From an uncultured Gammaproteobacteria bacterium (GTDB lineage Bacteria > Patescibacteriota > Patescibacteriia > UBA9934 > GWF2-40-263), in contig CAZIDX010000002.1 of assembly GCA_964538435.1 (NCBI GenBank), positions 117,930-181,929 of the forward strand: a DNA stretch of 64,000 nt, written 5' to 3'. Each line of letters starts with the position of its first letter. The first letter of the stretch is position 1. A program made the translations under genes and the position numbers. This document shows positions 54,613 through 64,000 of this stretch, one piece after another. The notes below the pieces were generated by a model. The model made no database searches and was not told where the DNA came from. It worked only from the letters and a program-made list of their open reading frames with translations.

Positions 54613-55323
54613 TTACACACCAACAACCGTCCCAACAAAATTCCCCCCCTTCAAAAGCCCATCTAAATTCTCGATATTCTTCCCGTTCATAATCACCACA
54701 TTGATCTTTGACCGCTGAGCCAGTCGAGACGCAACAGGATCAAACGGTACATTCATACCAGGATCCCACTCATCCCCAACCATCTCCCGAAAATCCTTCC
54801 ATGAAATATTGCAGATCGGTTTTGCACTCTTGTACTTCTTCGGATCCTGATCATACACATAATCAATGTTCGAGAGATTGAGTACCACCGCACTCCCAAG
54901 CCGCTTTGCAAGACGTGTTGCAACATAATCCGTTGACCACCCAGGCTTCCATCCAGCCGCGATCAAAACCGGCTCCTTCCACTTTTTCAGATCCCGAGTT
55001 GGATCTTTCACCATGGCCGGAAACGCTACGTCTCGAAACATCGTCCTAAGAAGATGACCATTGAGCCGCGTTGAATGAATCCCAAGCCAATCCAAATCAT
55101 CTCGCGTGAGCTTCCCGACCTTACGCGCGGCCCCTTGATAAGAACGCGCGGTATCTCCCCCACCAACAACAATCACAAACCGCCAACCTTTCTTAATGTG
55201 CCTAAGCACAAGTTTTTTTAAATCTTTTAAAAACTCATGATCAATTCCCTCTGGCGGCGCTACAAGCGACCCACCAACAGAGACAACGAGTGTGGCTGGT
55301 TTCATGTCTGATGTTTGTTTCAT
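54613..55323 (-). CDS. pyrH: amino acid kinase family protein, UMP kinase-like (archaeal-type)
   Basis: LVVSVGGSLV...FVIVVGGGDTAR...; start placed at MKQTSDMKPATL to avoid overlap. Confidence 0.6.
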   Translation of the reverse strand: MKQTSDMKPATLVVSVGGSLVAPPEGIDHEFLKDLKKLVLRHIKKGWRFVIVVGGGDTARSYQGAARKVGKLTRDDLDWLGIHSTRLNGHLLRTMFRDVAFPAMVKDPTRDLKKWKEPVLIAAGWKPGWSTDYVATRLAKRLGSAVVLNLSNIDYVYDQDPKKYKSAKPICNISWKDFREMVGDEWDPGMNVPFDPVASRLAQRSKINVVIMNGKNIENLDGLLKGGNFVGTVVGV

Positions 55324-55354
55324 AAAAAACCCCGCCTTGGCGGGATGATTAGTT

Positions 55355-55708
55355 CTAAGTTTCTTTAGCATGTTTAATGAGCCAGTTTGTACCAAGAGAA
55401 ATCACCCACAAAAGGAGTGCTGCCAAAAGCGCTGGAACAAACCCAGTCACCACAAACCCCTCAACAATCGTTGAGACAAGCCAAATCATCAGTGCATTGA
55501 TCACAAACGTGAAAAGACCGAGCGTAATCACAGTGACGGGCAGTGTGAGAATGAAAAAGAGAGGTCGCACAAGCGCATTCACAAGCCCAAGCACAAGCGC
55601 AGCAATCAAAGCATTGTAAAACGTCTCCACCCCAAACCCAGGTACAAGACCAGCAACAGCAATAAGCGCGATCGCATTGATCACCCACCTGAAAAGTAAA
55701 TATGACAT
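55355..55708 (-). CDS. 4-TM membrane protein of phage holin family 4 / DUF360 (YvlD-like)
   Basis: Sequence pattern LVINAIALIAVAGLVPGF...LGLVNALVRPLFFILTLPVTVITLGLFTFVINALMIWL typical of this family. Confidence 0.6.
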   Translation of the reverse strand: MSYLLFRWVINAIALIAVAGLVPGFGVETFYNALIAALVLGLVNALVRPLFFILTLPVTVITLGLFTFVINALMIWLVSTIVEGFVVTGFVPALLAALLLWVISLGTNWLIKHAKET

Positions 55709-55761
55709 AAGCGTTTAGCACTTAGCGTTTAGCGAGGAGTCTATTCGCTCCATGCTATTCG

Positions 55762-55974
55762 CTATTCGCTCTGAAATTTTTGTTTAATCTCCTCAACCTT
55801 GTTCTCCACCTCACCAAGTTTCTTTTTAAGCTCAGATGCAAGCTCAAGACCACGCTCAAACTGCTTAAGCCCCTTATCAAGATCGAGATTCTCTTCAGAG
55901 TCAAACCACTCTGTAATCTTCTCAAGCTCGTCAAACGCATCAGAGAAATTCATTGTTTTTTTCTTTGCTGGCAT
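55762..55974 (-). CDS. xseB: exodeoxyribonuclease VII small subunit
   Basis: 70 aa, FEELEKIxxxLE...LEESL-type helical pattern (FDELEKITEWFDSEENLDLDKGLKQFERGLELAS). Confidence 0.8.
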   Translation of the reverse strand: MPAKKKTMNFSDAFDELEKITEWFDSEENLDLDKGLKQFERGLELASELKKKLGEVENKVEEIKQKFQSE

Positions 55975-55977
55975 ACA

Positions 55978-57282
55978 TTACACAAGTTTCTGTTGGCCTT
56001 TACCACCAACACTTCTAACCTCAGCCCTCGCTGATCCTTTAGCAAATTGTACCTCGATCTCCTGCCCCACTTCAAGCTCAGACACATTTGAAACAACAGA
56101 TCCCTCCATAGTCACAAGTGAGTACCCGCGCGCAAGAACACGTTTTGGATCCACTTGACGCAAAATCTTTCCAAGCCCCTCAAGATCACTGCGAATAAGC
56201 ACAAGCCAATCGTTTGTCCCAACCTGAAACTGCTCATAGACCGAGCGGAATCTCTCTTTCTGCCGTTCAAGCACAAACGAGACAAGATTTGTTGCATGCT
56301 CAATCAAACGACTCTTCTCTGCAATCTCATCCTCAAGCCTGTCCTGCATGTGACGACTCATGGTTTCAAGCTCATAAAGCACATCCTTTCGCGATGGCAC
56401 AATGCGCTCTGCAGCATTCGACGGAGTTGACGCACGCACATCTGCCACAAAATCAGCCAAAGACTCATCGCGCTCATGACCAACCGCCACTACAACAGGA
56501 ATCTTTGAGGCATAAATGGCCCGCGCAACCTGCTCATCATTAAACGCATGCAAATCCTCAAGCCCTCCACCTCCACGCGTAAGCACAAGCACATCTGGCC
56601 GCTGCTCCTCATCAAGCCCATTAAAATACGCAAACGCTCCCACAATCTCATCAACAGCCTGCCTACCTTGCACATGCACATGAGCATGATCAAGAGCCAC
56701 GCCTCCCCATCGATTATTCAAAATGCGAACGAAATCCCCATACGCAGCTGCATCGCGAGATGTGATAAGACCGATCCGCTCAGGAAATCGCTTGAGTCCG
56801 CGCTTGCGAGACACATCAAAAAGCCCCTCAGCCTCAAGTTTCTTTTTCAAAAGTTCGTACGCACGACGAAGAGCCCCCTCTCCCACCGGCGCCACCTCCT
56901 GTACATTCATCTTAAACGTTCCAAACCTCTCATAAATCTTTGGCTGCCCCTTCACTTGCACCCGCATTCCATCTTCAAGTTCAACCTTAAGCTGCCACAC
57001 CGTCATAAAACACTTAAGCACTGCCTGCGCCTTTTCATCCTTTAAATCAAAACTGACCCATTTTTGCTGGGCCACTCTAAAATCCGACACCTCTCCTTCA
57101 ACTACTGTCTCTTTTGACGGTATCTGAGCGAGCGTATCATTTACGTATTGGAGATATTGTCCAACAGAAAGAACAGTTGGTTCTATCACAAGCCGACCAT
57201 GAAATAATAAGGTTGATAATACTGCACCAAGAGCCAGAGACCGAGTCCAAGCAAAATATGAGAGATAAGTGTCTCCACCCAA
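55978..57282 (-). CDS. xseA: exodeoxyribonuclease VII large subunit (start uncertain; overlaps upstream gene)
   Basis: OB-fold N-terminus, catalytic core ...LTRGGGGLEDLHAFNDE...VGHERDESLAD. Confidence 0.8.
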   Translation of the reverse strand: MGGDTYLSYFAWTRSLALGAVLSTLLFHGRLVIEPTVLSVGQYLQYVNDTLAQIPSKETVVEGEVSDFRVAQQKWVSFDLKDEKAQAVLKCFMTVWQLKVELEDGMRVQVKGQPKIYERFGTFKMNVQEVAPVGEGALRRAYELLKKKLEAEGLFDVSRKRGLKRFPERIGLITSRDAAAYGDFVRILNNRWGGVALDHAHVHVQGRQAVDEIVGAFAYFNGLDEEQRPDVLVLTRGGGGLEDLHAFNDEQVARAIYASKIPVVVAVGHERDESLADFVADVRASTPSNAAERIVPSRKDVLYELETMSRHMQDRLEDEIAEKSRLIEHATNLVSFVLERQKERFRSVYEQFQVGTNDWLVLIRSDLEGLGKILRQVDPKRVLARGYSLVTMEGSVVSNVSELEVGQEIEVQFAKGSARAEVRSVGGKGQQKLV

Positions 57283-57662
57283 ACGTTCTTACCTTCTTTG
57301 AGCGCAAACATCCCCATACCAAGAAGTGGATACACCACAATTCCTACCACAATCCAACTCAATAGTGCATAGACAAAAAGCGAAGCAAACGAAAACGCCG
57401 ATCCAGTCACAAAAAGCCAACCCTGCTCAACAAACAAAATATACACGACCCCAAACAAGAATCCGATCACAAGATAAAGCAAGAGCCCGATTAAAAATAC
57501 TTCATGATGATGCCTGATCTTCACACCAAAAATCGTCTTAACATCAATCACCAAAGGATTGCGCTTAACCCGACCTCGCTCCACAATTTCCAAAATAATC
57601 GCAGGAAATGCAAAAACAAACGCCACAAGTCCACCAAGCGATCCTGCAAGTAAGTAGTCCAT
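57186..57662 (-). CDS. membrane protein (5 TM)
   Basis: ORF track. Confidence 0.45.
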   Translation of the reverse strand: MDYLLAGSLGGLVAFVFAFPAIILEIVERGRVKRNPLVIDVKTIFGVKIRHHHEVFLIGLLLYLVIGFLFGVVYILFVEQGWLFVTGSAFSFASLFVYALLSWIVVGIVVYPLLGMGMFALKEGKNVWVETLISHILLGLGLWLLVQYYQPYYFMVGL

Positions 57663-57663
57663 A

Positions 57664-58554
57664 TTACGGGTAAATTACTATGATTACTTTTCTCCCATCA
57701 GCAACCTGTGTCTCACTGTTGTAATCATGCATTGCTGACATAATCGTGTCAAAGTCATACAAGTACTGCTCTCCATGCTTTGTACCTGGATCATTGGTAA
57801 TAAAATGATCATCCTGCGTATACCCACGAATAACAAGCATGTGATACTCAGGTCCTGGAGGAGTAAAAAAGGGATTTCCCAAAAGCCGGCCAGCCGACGG
57901 TACAATCACAGGCCTCCCGTCTGCAACATGCTGCTTAATCTCATCAACGGTTGGATCTTCTATAAGCTCAACCGCAGAAAACCCATACATCATCTCAGCA
58001 AACACCCCCACCTGCTCAGCAGTCGTGCTCTCATAAAAACCAAAAAGCCCCGTCTCAAACTCCATAATCTCAAGCAAATCTGCATCAGCTGTCTCTGGCA
58101 AAATCGGCTCCCCAGACACCCCTGCATAATACTCAGCTACCATGTACACACTCGCCTCTTCACACAAATCCTGATACGGCTGATCCCAGTTAGCATTCGG
58201 TGCTTGAGACGTGAATGGAACTGCAAGATTGATCTCGTCAGGAAGATCAAGCTTAACCTCCACCTCGTCAACAATCTCCTCCTCAACAACTTCCCCCACC
58301 ACTTCTTCCTCTTCTTCTTCAACCTGAACATCAAACACTTCATCAAGAACCACCTCCTCAACATACTCGGGCAAAGCATCTTCAAAAGGATCGGTCTGCT
58401 CCTCTAAAACATACTCAAAACTCACAGCTTCAGGAAGCTCAGGTGCGGACACCTCACGCACCCAATCCAAAATAGCTACTCGGTTTACATACAGAGTAGC
58501 CCCAATCGCAATCATGATAATAACGAAGACAAATAGCCTTCGAAAAAACTTCAT
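57664..58554 (-). CDS. secreted papain-like cysteine peptidase, C39-like (Peptidase_C39_2-type)
   Basis: Signal/TM anchor, acidic linker, C-terminal domain with Cys (DLCEEASVYMV) and His (HMLVIRGY). Confidence 0.55.
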   Translation of the reverse strand: MKFFRRLFVFVIIMIAIGATLYVNRVAILDWVREVSAPELPEAVSFEYVLEEQTDPFEDALPEYVEEVVLDEVFDVQVEEEEEEVVGEVVEEEIVDEVEVKLDLPDEINLAVPFTSQAPNANWDQPYQDLCEEASVYMVAEYYAGVSGEPILPETADADLLEIMEFETGLFGFYESTTAEQVGVFAEMMYGFSAVELIEDPTVDEIKQHVADGRPVIVPSAGRLLGNPFFTPPGPEYHMLVIRGYTQDDHFITNDPGTKHGEQYLYDFDTIMSAMHDYNSETQVADGRKVIIVIYP

Positions 58555-58556
58555 AG

Positions 58557-58901
58557 CTAAAATGGTTTACAAATCCCAACCTCCTCAACAAAATCCTGGC
58601 ATGAATGACTGGCAGGACACTGATCGTCTCCATGACACTCACAATGTTCCACACACATCTCAATACATACGGTCCCCTCATCAGCACCCCGACACACTGA
58701 CCCACACTCTTCCCATTCTCCCCCAGCATCAGAGCAACTCTCTTCCATAAGCGCTGACGCATCAACATTTGTAACTTCAGGTGGGCTGGTATCAATTGCC
58801 GGAACAAGCGGATCACTTACCGTTTGCTGACCAGATGAATAAATCGCCACGCCAATCAAAACAACCACAATGGCGAGTAAAAAGATTTTTGTGTTCCTGC
58901 T
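58557..58901 (-). CDS. small secreted Cys-rich protein
   Basis: TM/signal then 13 Cys in about 70 aa. Confidence 0.4.
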   Translation of the reverse strand, partial: SRNTKIFLLAIVVVLIGVAIYSSGQQTVSDPLVPAIDTSPPEVTNVDASALMEESCSDAGGEWEECGSVCRGADEGTVCIEMCVEHCECHGDDQCPASHSCQDFVEEVGICKPF

Positions 58902-60301
58902 CATAAAACAGCATTCTCTCTTATCCACCTTTGCAAACGATAGGTAGCAATACAATCATCTTCATTGTACTCAATGATTTTTTGCAACAACTTTGGAGAC
59001 TTCTTTGCGAGCCACTCTTCAAACCAAAGCACCGAATTTGCACCAGATGCATCCGCGCTGCGCCACTCAAATCCAATATAGTTCCCAATGTCTTTTAGTG
59101 AATAAAACGAGAGTGGAAAGATAACCGCCGGACGCATAACAGACAAAATATCAATCATATTGCGCTCAAACGCATCTCGAGCCATTTCAGACGCCCCATA
59201 CTTGGCTGCAAAACGTCGCACCACCTCTTCCTCAAACCAGCCATAGTGATAAATCGGCGCATCAATATGCTGCTCAATAAAATCAACAAAATCATCCCAC
59301 ATCTGCCCCTCTTGATCTGGTGAATCTGCAAAAAAGTGATGATACTCCTCTCCATCGCTTGAAACCTTATAAACTCCAAACAGATAATCAAAATCGCGAA
59401 GCGGATCGCTTTCAATATCAAAGAAAAGCTCAATATCAGCCTCAGGCAAATCAACACTTGAGCGGATCATGTGACGATGCTCACGAATAGCCAAGGCCTG
59501 ATCTCGCATCATCTCAAGCCTGCCAGGATTTGCCTCTGGAGCAAGCGTCTCAAGCTCAGGAATACTCTTTAGCGCAAGCTCACTGATCGTATCCACCCCC
59601 GCTGCCTCCAGACGACTCACCTCCTCGCGCCACACACGATTTAAAAGCGAAAGATCATCACATTCCCTTGACTCTGTCTGACACTCAGAAAACCACGGAG
59701 ACTGCTTACACCCACTTGTAACAAAATGCGAAGGCCGTTTTCCTGCAATAATCTTTTCAATCTCAGTAAGCGTAAGCTCGTACTCTGCCTCAAACTCCTC
59801 AATAAGATAATCAAGTACTTGATTATCTGGTGTGATGACATATCCCTGAAGCGGCTTCACTCCCTGAACCTTTTCAAGAAGTTCTGCATAAAAACACCCT
59901 TGAAACTTATGCTCGTCACGCGCACTCCGATCACGCTTAATATCAGCTGCAACATAATAATAGTCACCAAGCAAAGACCTGCCCTCCACCTTTTCCAAGA
60001 TATCCGGCATACCAACCCAATGCTTATCAACAAGTGCGCCTCGATAAATCGTTGTACGCCCCTCTCGCATGAACTCAAGCGTTTGCTTAAACGCTTCGTC
60101 CGGATCCTCAGCCGTCACCTCAGCCAAATCCTGCTTATCAGAAATAAGCTCCCGCTGAATCTCCTCAATAAGACCTTGGTCTTGAAGCTCTTCCATGAGT
60201 GGCTCATGTGGACGATGCTCCTCTGCATGCGCATCAAAATACACCCAATTTGGACACTTGAGGTACCTGAAGAATGTTTTTTCTGTGATTGTTTGTTGCA
60301 T
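58901..60301 (-). CDS. TM0106-family RecB-like nuclease: N-terminal PD-(D/E)xK Cas4-like domain plus C-terminal RNase-H-like (DEDD) exonuclease domain
   Basis: YLKCPNWVYFD, GMPDILEK, YVAADIKRD; later ELFFDIESD, YHYGWFEE, YNEDDCIATYRL. Confidence 0.6.
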   Translation of the reverse strand: MQQTITEKTFFRYLKCPNWVYFDAHAEEHRPHEPLMEELQDQGLIEEIQRELISDKQDLAEVTAEDPDEAFKQTLEFMREGRTTIYRGALVDKHWVGMPDILEKVEGRSLLGDYYYVAADIKRDRSARDEHKFQGCFYAELLEKVQGVKPLQGYVITPDNQVLDYLIEEFEAEYELTLTEIEKIIAGKRPSHFVTSGCKQSPWFSECQTESRECDDLSLLNRVWREEVSRLEAAGVDTISELALKSIPELETLAPEANPGRLEMMRDQALAIREHRHMIRSSVDLPEADIELFFDIESDPLRDFDYLFGVYKVSSDGEEYHHFFADSPDQEGQMWDDFVDFIEQHIDAPIYHYGWFEEEVVRRFAAKYGASEMARDAFERNMIDILSVMRPAVIFPLSFYSLKDIGNYIGFEWRSADASGANSVLWFEEWLAKKSPKLLQKIIEYNEDDCIATYRLQRWIRENAVL

Positions 60302-60458
60302 GGTACTATTATATCAGAAGCGAATAGCAAAAGCTCACCCCCTCAACCACAATCCAAGGAGTTCCCTTTGGAAAGTGATGTAGGCCCTGCATCAGCCACG
60401 TTCTCTCTCACCATCGAACCTGACACGGACATCTTTGCGTTCACACACCTCAAAGGAC

Positions 60459-60952
60459 CAATGGACAACGTCGTGACGATCCAGGAGTGTCCAAAACCGA
60501 TCCGAGACATGATCGGCCCCGTGATCGCAAAGCTCATTCAGCTTCAGATTCGATCCCTCAATTACGACCCTGGGCGAGGCGAGAACTTCGCTGTCATCTT
60601 CAAACCCAAAACAGAACCAAGGCCCGACCCCATCACCGGCAAGATACCTCCGACACCTGAGCCTGTGCTTGTGGAAATCCCGTTCCCAAAACGAAAAAAA
60701 GCGCTCGAAGCGCTTCGGATCACAGCCTGGTGGGTCGAGCACGAACGCAGACGACTGATCGCAAAGCTCCGAGCACACGAAGCAAGTGATCCAAGCCAGA
60801 TACACTGGGTCTGCCCAAACTGCAACGAGCGCGTCTCACACGAGCGTTCGCACTGCCGCAACCACGAGTGCCCATCCTGGGACATGCTCCACATCGCCAC
60901 TGACGAACCAACACTTCACTTGGTCAACATCTCTGGCAACGCTCCTGCCTGA
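60459..60952 (+). CDS. hypothetical zinc-ribbon protein (GC-rich); start uncertain (possibly upstream GTG)
   Basis: High GC3 in plus frame; CPNCNERVSHERSHCRNHECPSW; overlapping minus ORFs are artefacts. Confidence 0.45.
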
Positions 60953-61015
60953 CTTCCACGAAACCAGGCCCAACCCGTCCACAATCCCGCCACAGCGAGA
61001 CAAGGACGGGTTTTC

Positions 61016-62248
61016 TTATTCTTCTAATAAATAATCCGCACTCTCGTACACGTTCCTTGCATTCCATAGAATCCAACCGCTTGCCCCAGCATCGCGCGAA
61101 GCTTGTATCTGCGCTTCAATCAAATCCGATGTATACACCGCACCAATATCAAAATCCTGAAGCCAAGGTCGCCACTTAGCCTGAAGCGACTCCTCGGTCC
61201 CAGACCACACACCTCGAATCAATCCCGTACCTTCATCAAGCGATAGCTTCACAATCTCATACGGGTACACTGCTGGGTTACCATAACCTTCAAACCCATC
61301 TGGATAATGTGACGGATACACCATAGGAGAAATAAAATCTGCAAACGGGAGCGCGTCCACGAGACGCTGACCAATGTTATAACCACTATGAGAGAAAAAC
61401 GTCATCCCAAACAAATCAAACGACACAGGGATACCTTGATCTCGCATACTGCCACCAACAGACTTGAAAAACCGTTGCATCACGTCAATCTTTTCCTCAA
61501 CCCCATCGTAAACAGGATACACAATACTGCTCACAGCACCATCTGAGGCAAATCGAACGTAATCATACTGAATCTCATCAAACCCACGCGCATAAAGCTC
61601 TTCCCCAAGCCGAATTGCATAATCTGCAACCTCCACCGAGGCTGGATCCACCCACACAGAACCGATGCTGTCGTACCAAAACCCACCAGAACCTGAACGC
61701 ATAGCAAACTCCGGGTGTTCATACGCAAAAGCAGCATCTCGCATCACAGCCACGCGTGCAATGCGGTAAATCCCTTTCTCCCCAAGCCACTCGAGCATGC
61801 CATCCAAATCCTCGATAGCAGGATTAAGCATGACATACGACTCCAAACTCTCATCATTTGGCACAAACGCCAACTCTCCATTATCCATCTTTGCATCAAT
61901 CACAACACTATTGAGCCCCGTCGAAAGCATGTACTCAAGCAAATTCTCCCCGCGCAAGCCCCCGGCCGTCACAGCGGTCCAGTAGATCCCACGGACCTCG
62001 TCTGGAAGTGGAACTCGAAGAGGGGTAGGAGGATTAGAAGGAGTAGAAAGAGTAATAGGGCTCTCAGATTCTGCTCCTTCTACTCCTTCTATCTCGTGCG
62101 TTACTCCTATTACCCCTTCTACCCCTTTCTCTACAAAAACCAAAAACCCCACCACAAAAGGAAGGGTTATCATCAAAACCAAAAACACAGGGATTGCCAA
62201 CCAGCCCCTGTGTTTTGAATGTTCTTGTTTTCGCTCTTCAGCGCTCAT
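61016..62248 (-). CDS. membrane-anchored putative glycoside-hydrolase-like protein (DUF4015/GHL-type TIM barrel)
   Basis: N-terminal TM, then (beta/alpha)8-like pattern; assignment by resemblance only. Confidence 0.45.
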   Translation of the reverse strand: MSAEERKQEHSKHRGWLAIPVFLVLMITLPFVVGFLVFVEKGVEGVIGVTHEIEGVEGAESESPITLSTPSNPPTPLRVPLPDEVRGIYWTAVTAGGLRGENLLEYMLSTGLNSVVIDAKMDNGELAFVPNDESLESYVMLNPAIEDLDGMLEWLGEKGIYRIARVAVMRDAAFAYEHPEFAMRSGSGGFWYDSIGSVWVDPASVEVADYAIRLGEELYARGFDEIQYDYVRFASDGAVSSIVYPVYDGVEEKIDVMQRFFKSVGGSMRDQGIPVSFDLFGMTFFSHSGYNIGQRLVDALPFADFISPMVYPSHYPDGFEGYGNPAVYPYEIVKLSLDEGTGLIRGVWSGTEESLQAKWRPWLQDFDIGAVYTSDLIEAQIQASRDAGASGWILWNARNVYESADYLLEE

Positions 62249-62251
62249 GTC

Positions 62252-62863
62252 TTATTCCTTATCTTCAACACTTACAGCTGTCATGGTGTCTCCAATCATC
62301 ATCTCGTCAACAATATCCATCCCCTCAGTCACCCGCCCAAAAACTGAATAAGCTTTTGCAAGCGGAGTATCTTCTAGCATGATAAAGAATTGAGAACCGT
62401 TTGTGTTTGGGCCTGAGTTTGCCATTGCCACAGTCCCTCGTTCATATCCATAATCATCCTCAAGCTCATCTTCAAACTTATATCCTGGCCCACCTGTTCC
62501 ATTTCCACTTGGATCCCCACCTTGGAGCACCCAGCTCTCTCGCCTGTGGAATGTTAGTCCGTTGTAATACCCACCCGTGGTCAAGTAAACAAAGTTAGAA
62601 ACGGTATTTGGAGCTGTGTCTGCAAAAAGTTCAAACACGATATCTCCCTTTTCTGTCTGAATACGAATCTGTTTGTTTTGGATCTCCTCATCAGAGAGTG
62701 TTCCTGGGAATTCCCATTGAAGCTCGGTCATATCTTCTTGAGCGGATGCGTTATCTGGATAATGAAAGGTAATCTCGTCTGTTGCTGTATCAGCAACGTC
62801 TCCTCCCACACAGCCAGCGCCAACGAGCAGTAGCGCAGCTGCAAACACTGTTAGTTTTTTCAT
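62252..62863 (-). CDS. ppiB: cyclophilin-type peptidyl-prolyl cis-trans isomerase lipoprotein
   Basis: Lipobox LLVGAGC; GGYYNGLTFHR...GTVAMANSGPNTNGSQFFIM. Confidence 0.85.
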   Translation of the reverse strand: MKKLTVFAAALLLVGAGCVGGDVADTATDEITFHYPDNASAQEDMTELQWEFPGTLSDEEIQNKQIRIQTEKGDIVFELFADTAPNTVSNFVYLTTGGYYNGLTFHRRESWVLQGGDPSGNGTGGPGYKFEDELEDDYGYERGTVAMANSGPNTNGSQFFIMLEDTPLAKAYSVFGRVTEGMDIVDEMMIGDTMTAVSVEDKE

Positions 62864-62866
62864 AGT

Positions 62867-63526
62867 TTAGAGCAAGCCAATGGATCGAGCGACATTTGCG
62901 ATCCCATCTAGCACAACAGACCCTCCACCTGTACCACCCATAGCCGTTGTTGAAATAAGCATTCCAGCAAGCACAGCCACAATCACCACAACCACACCTA
63001 GAAGTTCATTCACACGCATTGGAAGATGATCGCAGTTAGAACAAGTTCCAACAAACACAATCCTCTTCTCTACCTCAACAACCTTGTGTGGTTTCTTGAT
63101 CTGAGTTTCAGTAATCGTCACAACAGGAGCCTGGTCAATAGCCGCCTTTGCTTCCTCGCGAGCCTCAGCAACCATCTTCTTTGCAGCAGCTGGCTTTACA
63201 ACCTTCTTCTTTGCAACAGGTTTCTTTGCTGGAGCCTTCTTCGCGACCTTCTTCTTAGCTGGAGCCTTCTTTTTTGCTGGAGCCTTCTTAGCAACTGGCT
63301 TTTTCTTGGCAACTTTTTTTGGAGCAGCCTTCTTTGCTACTTTCTTTTTTGCTGGAGCCTTCTTTTTGGCTACAGGCTTCTTTGCTGCGGTCTTCTTTTT
63401 GGCCGCAGTCGTTGTGCGTTTTTTTGTTGGCATAAAAAAATCACTCTCTCCTTCCTGGGGTCTCCCCCTAATGAACAATGTTTTAAAACTTATACCTATT
63501 ATAGCACATCGAATATTGAGATCCAA
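62867..63526 (-). CDS. histone H1-like Lys/Ala-rich protein with C-terminal Cys pair and TM segment
   Basis: KKKTAAKKPVAKKKAPAKKKVAKK repeats. Confidence 0.55.
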   Translation of the reverse strand: MDLNIRCAIIGISFKTLFIRGRPQEGESDFFMPTKKRTTTAAKKKTAAKKPVAKKKAPAKKKVAKKAAPKKVAKKKPVAKKAPAKKKAPAKKKVAKKAPAKKPVAKKKVVKPAAAKKMVAEAREEAKAAIDQAPVVTITETQIKKPHKVVEVEKRIVFVGTCSNCDHLPMRVNELLGVVVVIVAVLAGMLISTTAMGGTGGGSVVLDGIANVARSIGLL

Positions 63527-63528
63527 AG

Positions 63529-63975
63529 CTACTCAACTTGATCATTTATCCCCAACACAACAAAAACACTCCCCTGAAACTCAATCGGCGCGCTCACAGA
63601 TTTTTCTGACAGATCAAAAACGGTCGAAAGCACCTCTGAGCCTGCACCATAACGATCAATGACAATAATCTGAGCCTCTGTCAGATCCAAACCATCCCTC
63701 CACTCTGACTGAACAACCATTTCAAGCTCTCCATTGAGAATCAAAGCGCTCTCATCCGTTCGAATCTCATAAATCGGACTCGCAAGCCCATCAATCTCAG
63801 CATCAAAACTCTCAACCAGAATAATCTCAACCAAGCTCGCCGAATCTGTCACAGCCCTCAGTGTCACAGCCCCATCTTCTGACCGAGCAAACACCTGATC
63901 CGGCACACTCGAAAAAGCAGCAAACAAACTACCAACAAAAACCACCGCGACAACAATCGCGATGAGCCAATACAT
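63529..63975 (-). CDS. secreted/membrane-anchored hypothetical protein
   Basis: N-terminal TM MYWLIAIVVAVVFVGSLFAAF. Confidence 0.45.
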   Translation of the reverse strand: MYWLIAIVVAVVFVGSLFAAFSSVPDQVFARSEDGAVTLRAVTDSASLVEIILVESFDAEIDGLASPIYEIRTDESALILNGELEMVVQSEWRDGLDLTEAQIIVIDRYGAGSEVLSTVFDLSEKSVSAPIEFQGSVFVVLGINDQVE

Positions 63976-64000
63976 CTCTTGTGTTTTCTTTTTCCCCCGC

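Noticed and set aside
59726-60330. 5' two-thirds of the 408-aa plus ORF 59726..60952
   Set aside because: Lies antisense to the RecB-like nuclease gene; only the 3' third (about 60459 onward, high GC3, zinc ribbon) looks like real coding sequence

Overview
This 64-kb window reads as a small-genome bacterial chromosome with overall moderate-to-low G+C. Gene content and organisation (leaderless or short-leader promoters, many glycosyltransferases, DUF4012, a TrmB-type regulator, a histone-H1-like protein) are reminiscent of Patescibacteria/CPR, but that is an inference. Several visibly G+C-rich islands (third codon positions nearly all G/C) are interspersed with the host-like genes.

Core genes recognised:
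- rpmG (missed by the 60-aa ORF track), rplJ-rplL, tRNA-Trp, tRNA-Thr(GGU), tRNA-Tyr, tRNA-Thr(UGU)
- tpiA, an M16 peptidase, glyQS, frr, holB, mreB, xseA/xseB, a UMP-kinase-like gene, a cyclophilin
- a U32-KamA-(PP-loop/Mur-ligase) operon
- a cell-envelope glycan cluster (GT4, GT2 x3, DUF4012)
- a Hanks-type Ser/Thr kinase and a TM0106-type RecB-family nuclease

Accessory and unusual content:
1. An integrated element at the left edge (Toprim primase ... large serine recombinase abutting tRNA-Trp), carrying a frameshifted high-GC gene.
2. An 80-aa GIY-YIG gene inserted upstream of tRNA-Thr, with a 30-nt duplication of the tRNA 5' end.
3. A tandem array of four copies of a structured leader RNA with compensatory base changes, three of them upstream of small hydrophobic proteins.
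4. A family of CUGGGGAGAGAG-initiated small RNA/leader elements, including a ~214-nt tandem duplication.
5. A recurring CTCACCATGGTGAG palindromic element found at island borders.
6. A second ~100-nt repeated element at the borders of two GC-rich islands.
7. A 694-aa CoaB-like/class-II-aldolase/GNAT/Nudix fusion protein in a 60%-GC island.
8. A divergent gene pair that may be an RSH-synthetase-like toxin plus a small alarmone hydrolase.
9. A roughly 68%-GC two-gene locus of unknown function.

No CRISPR array and no rRNA genes were found. All calls come from reading the sequence and the supplied ORF translations; no database searches or structure predictions were run.
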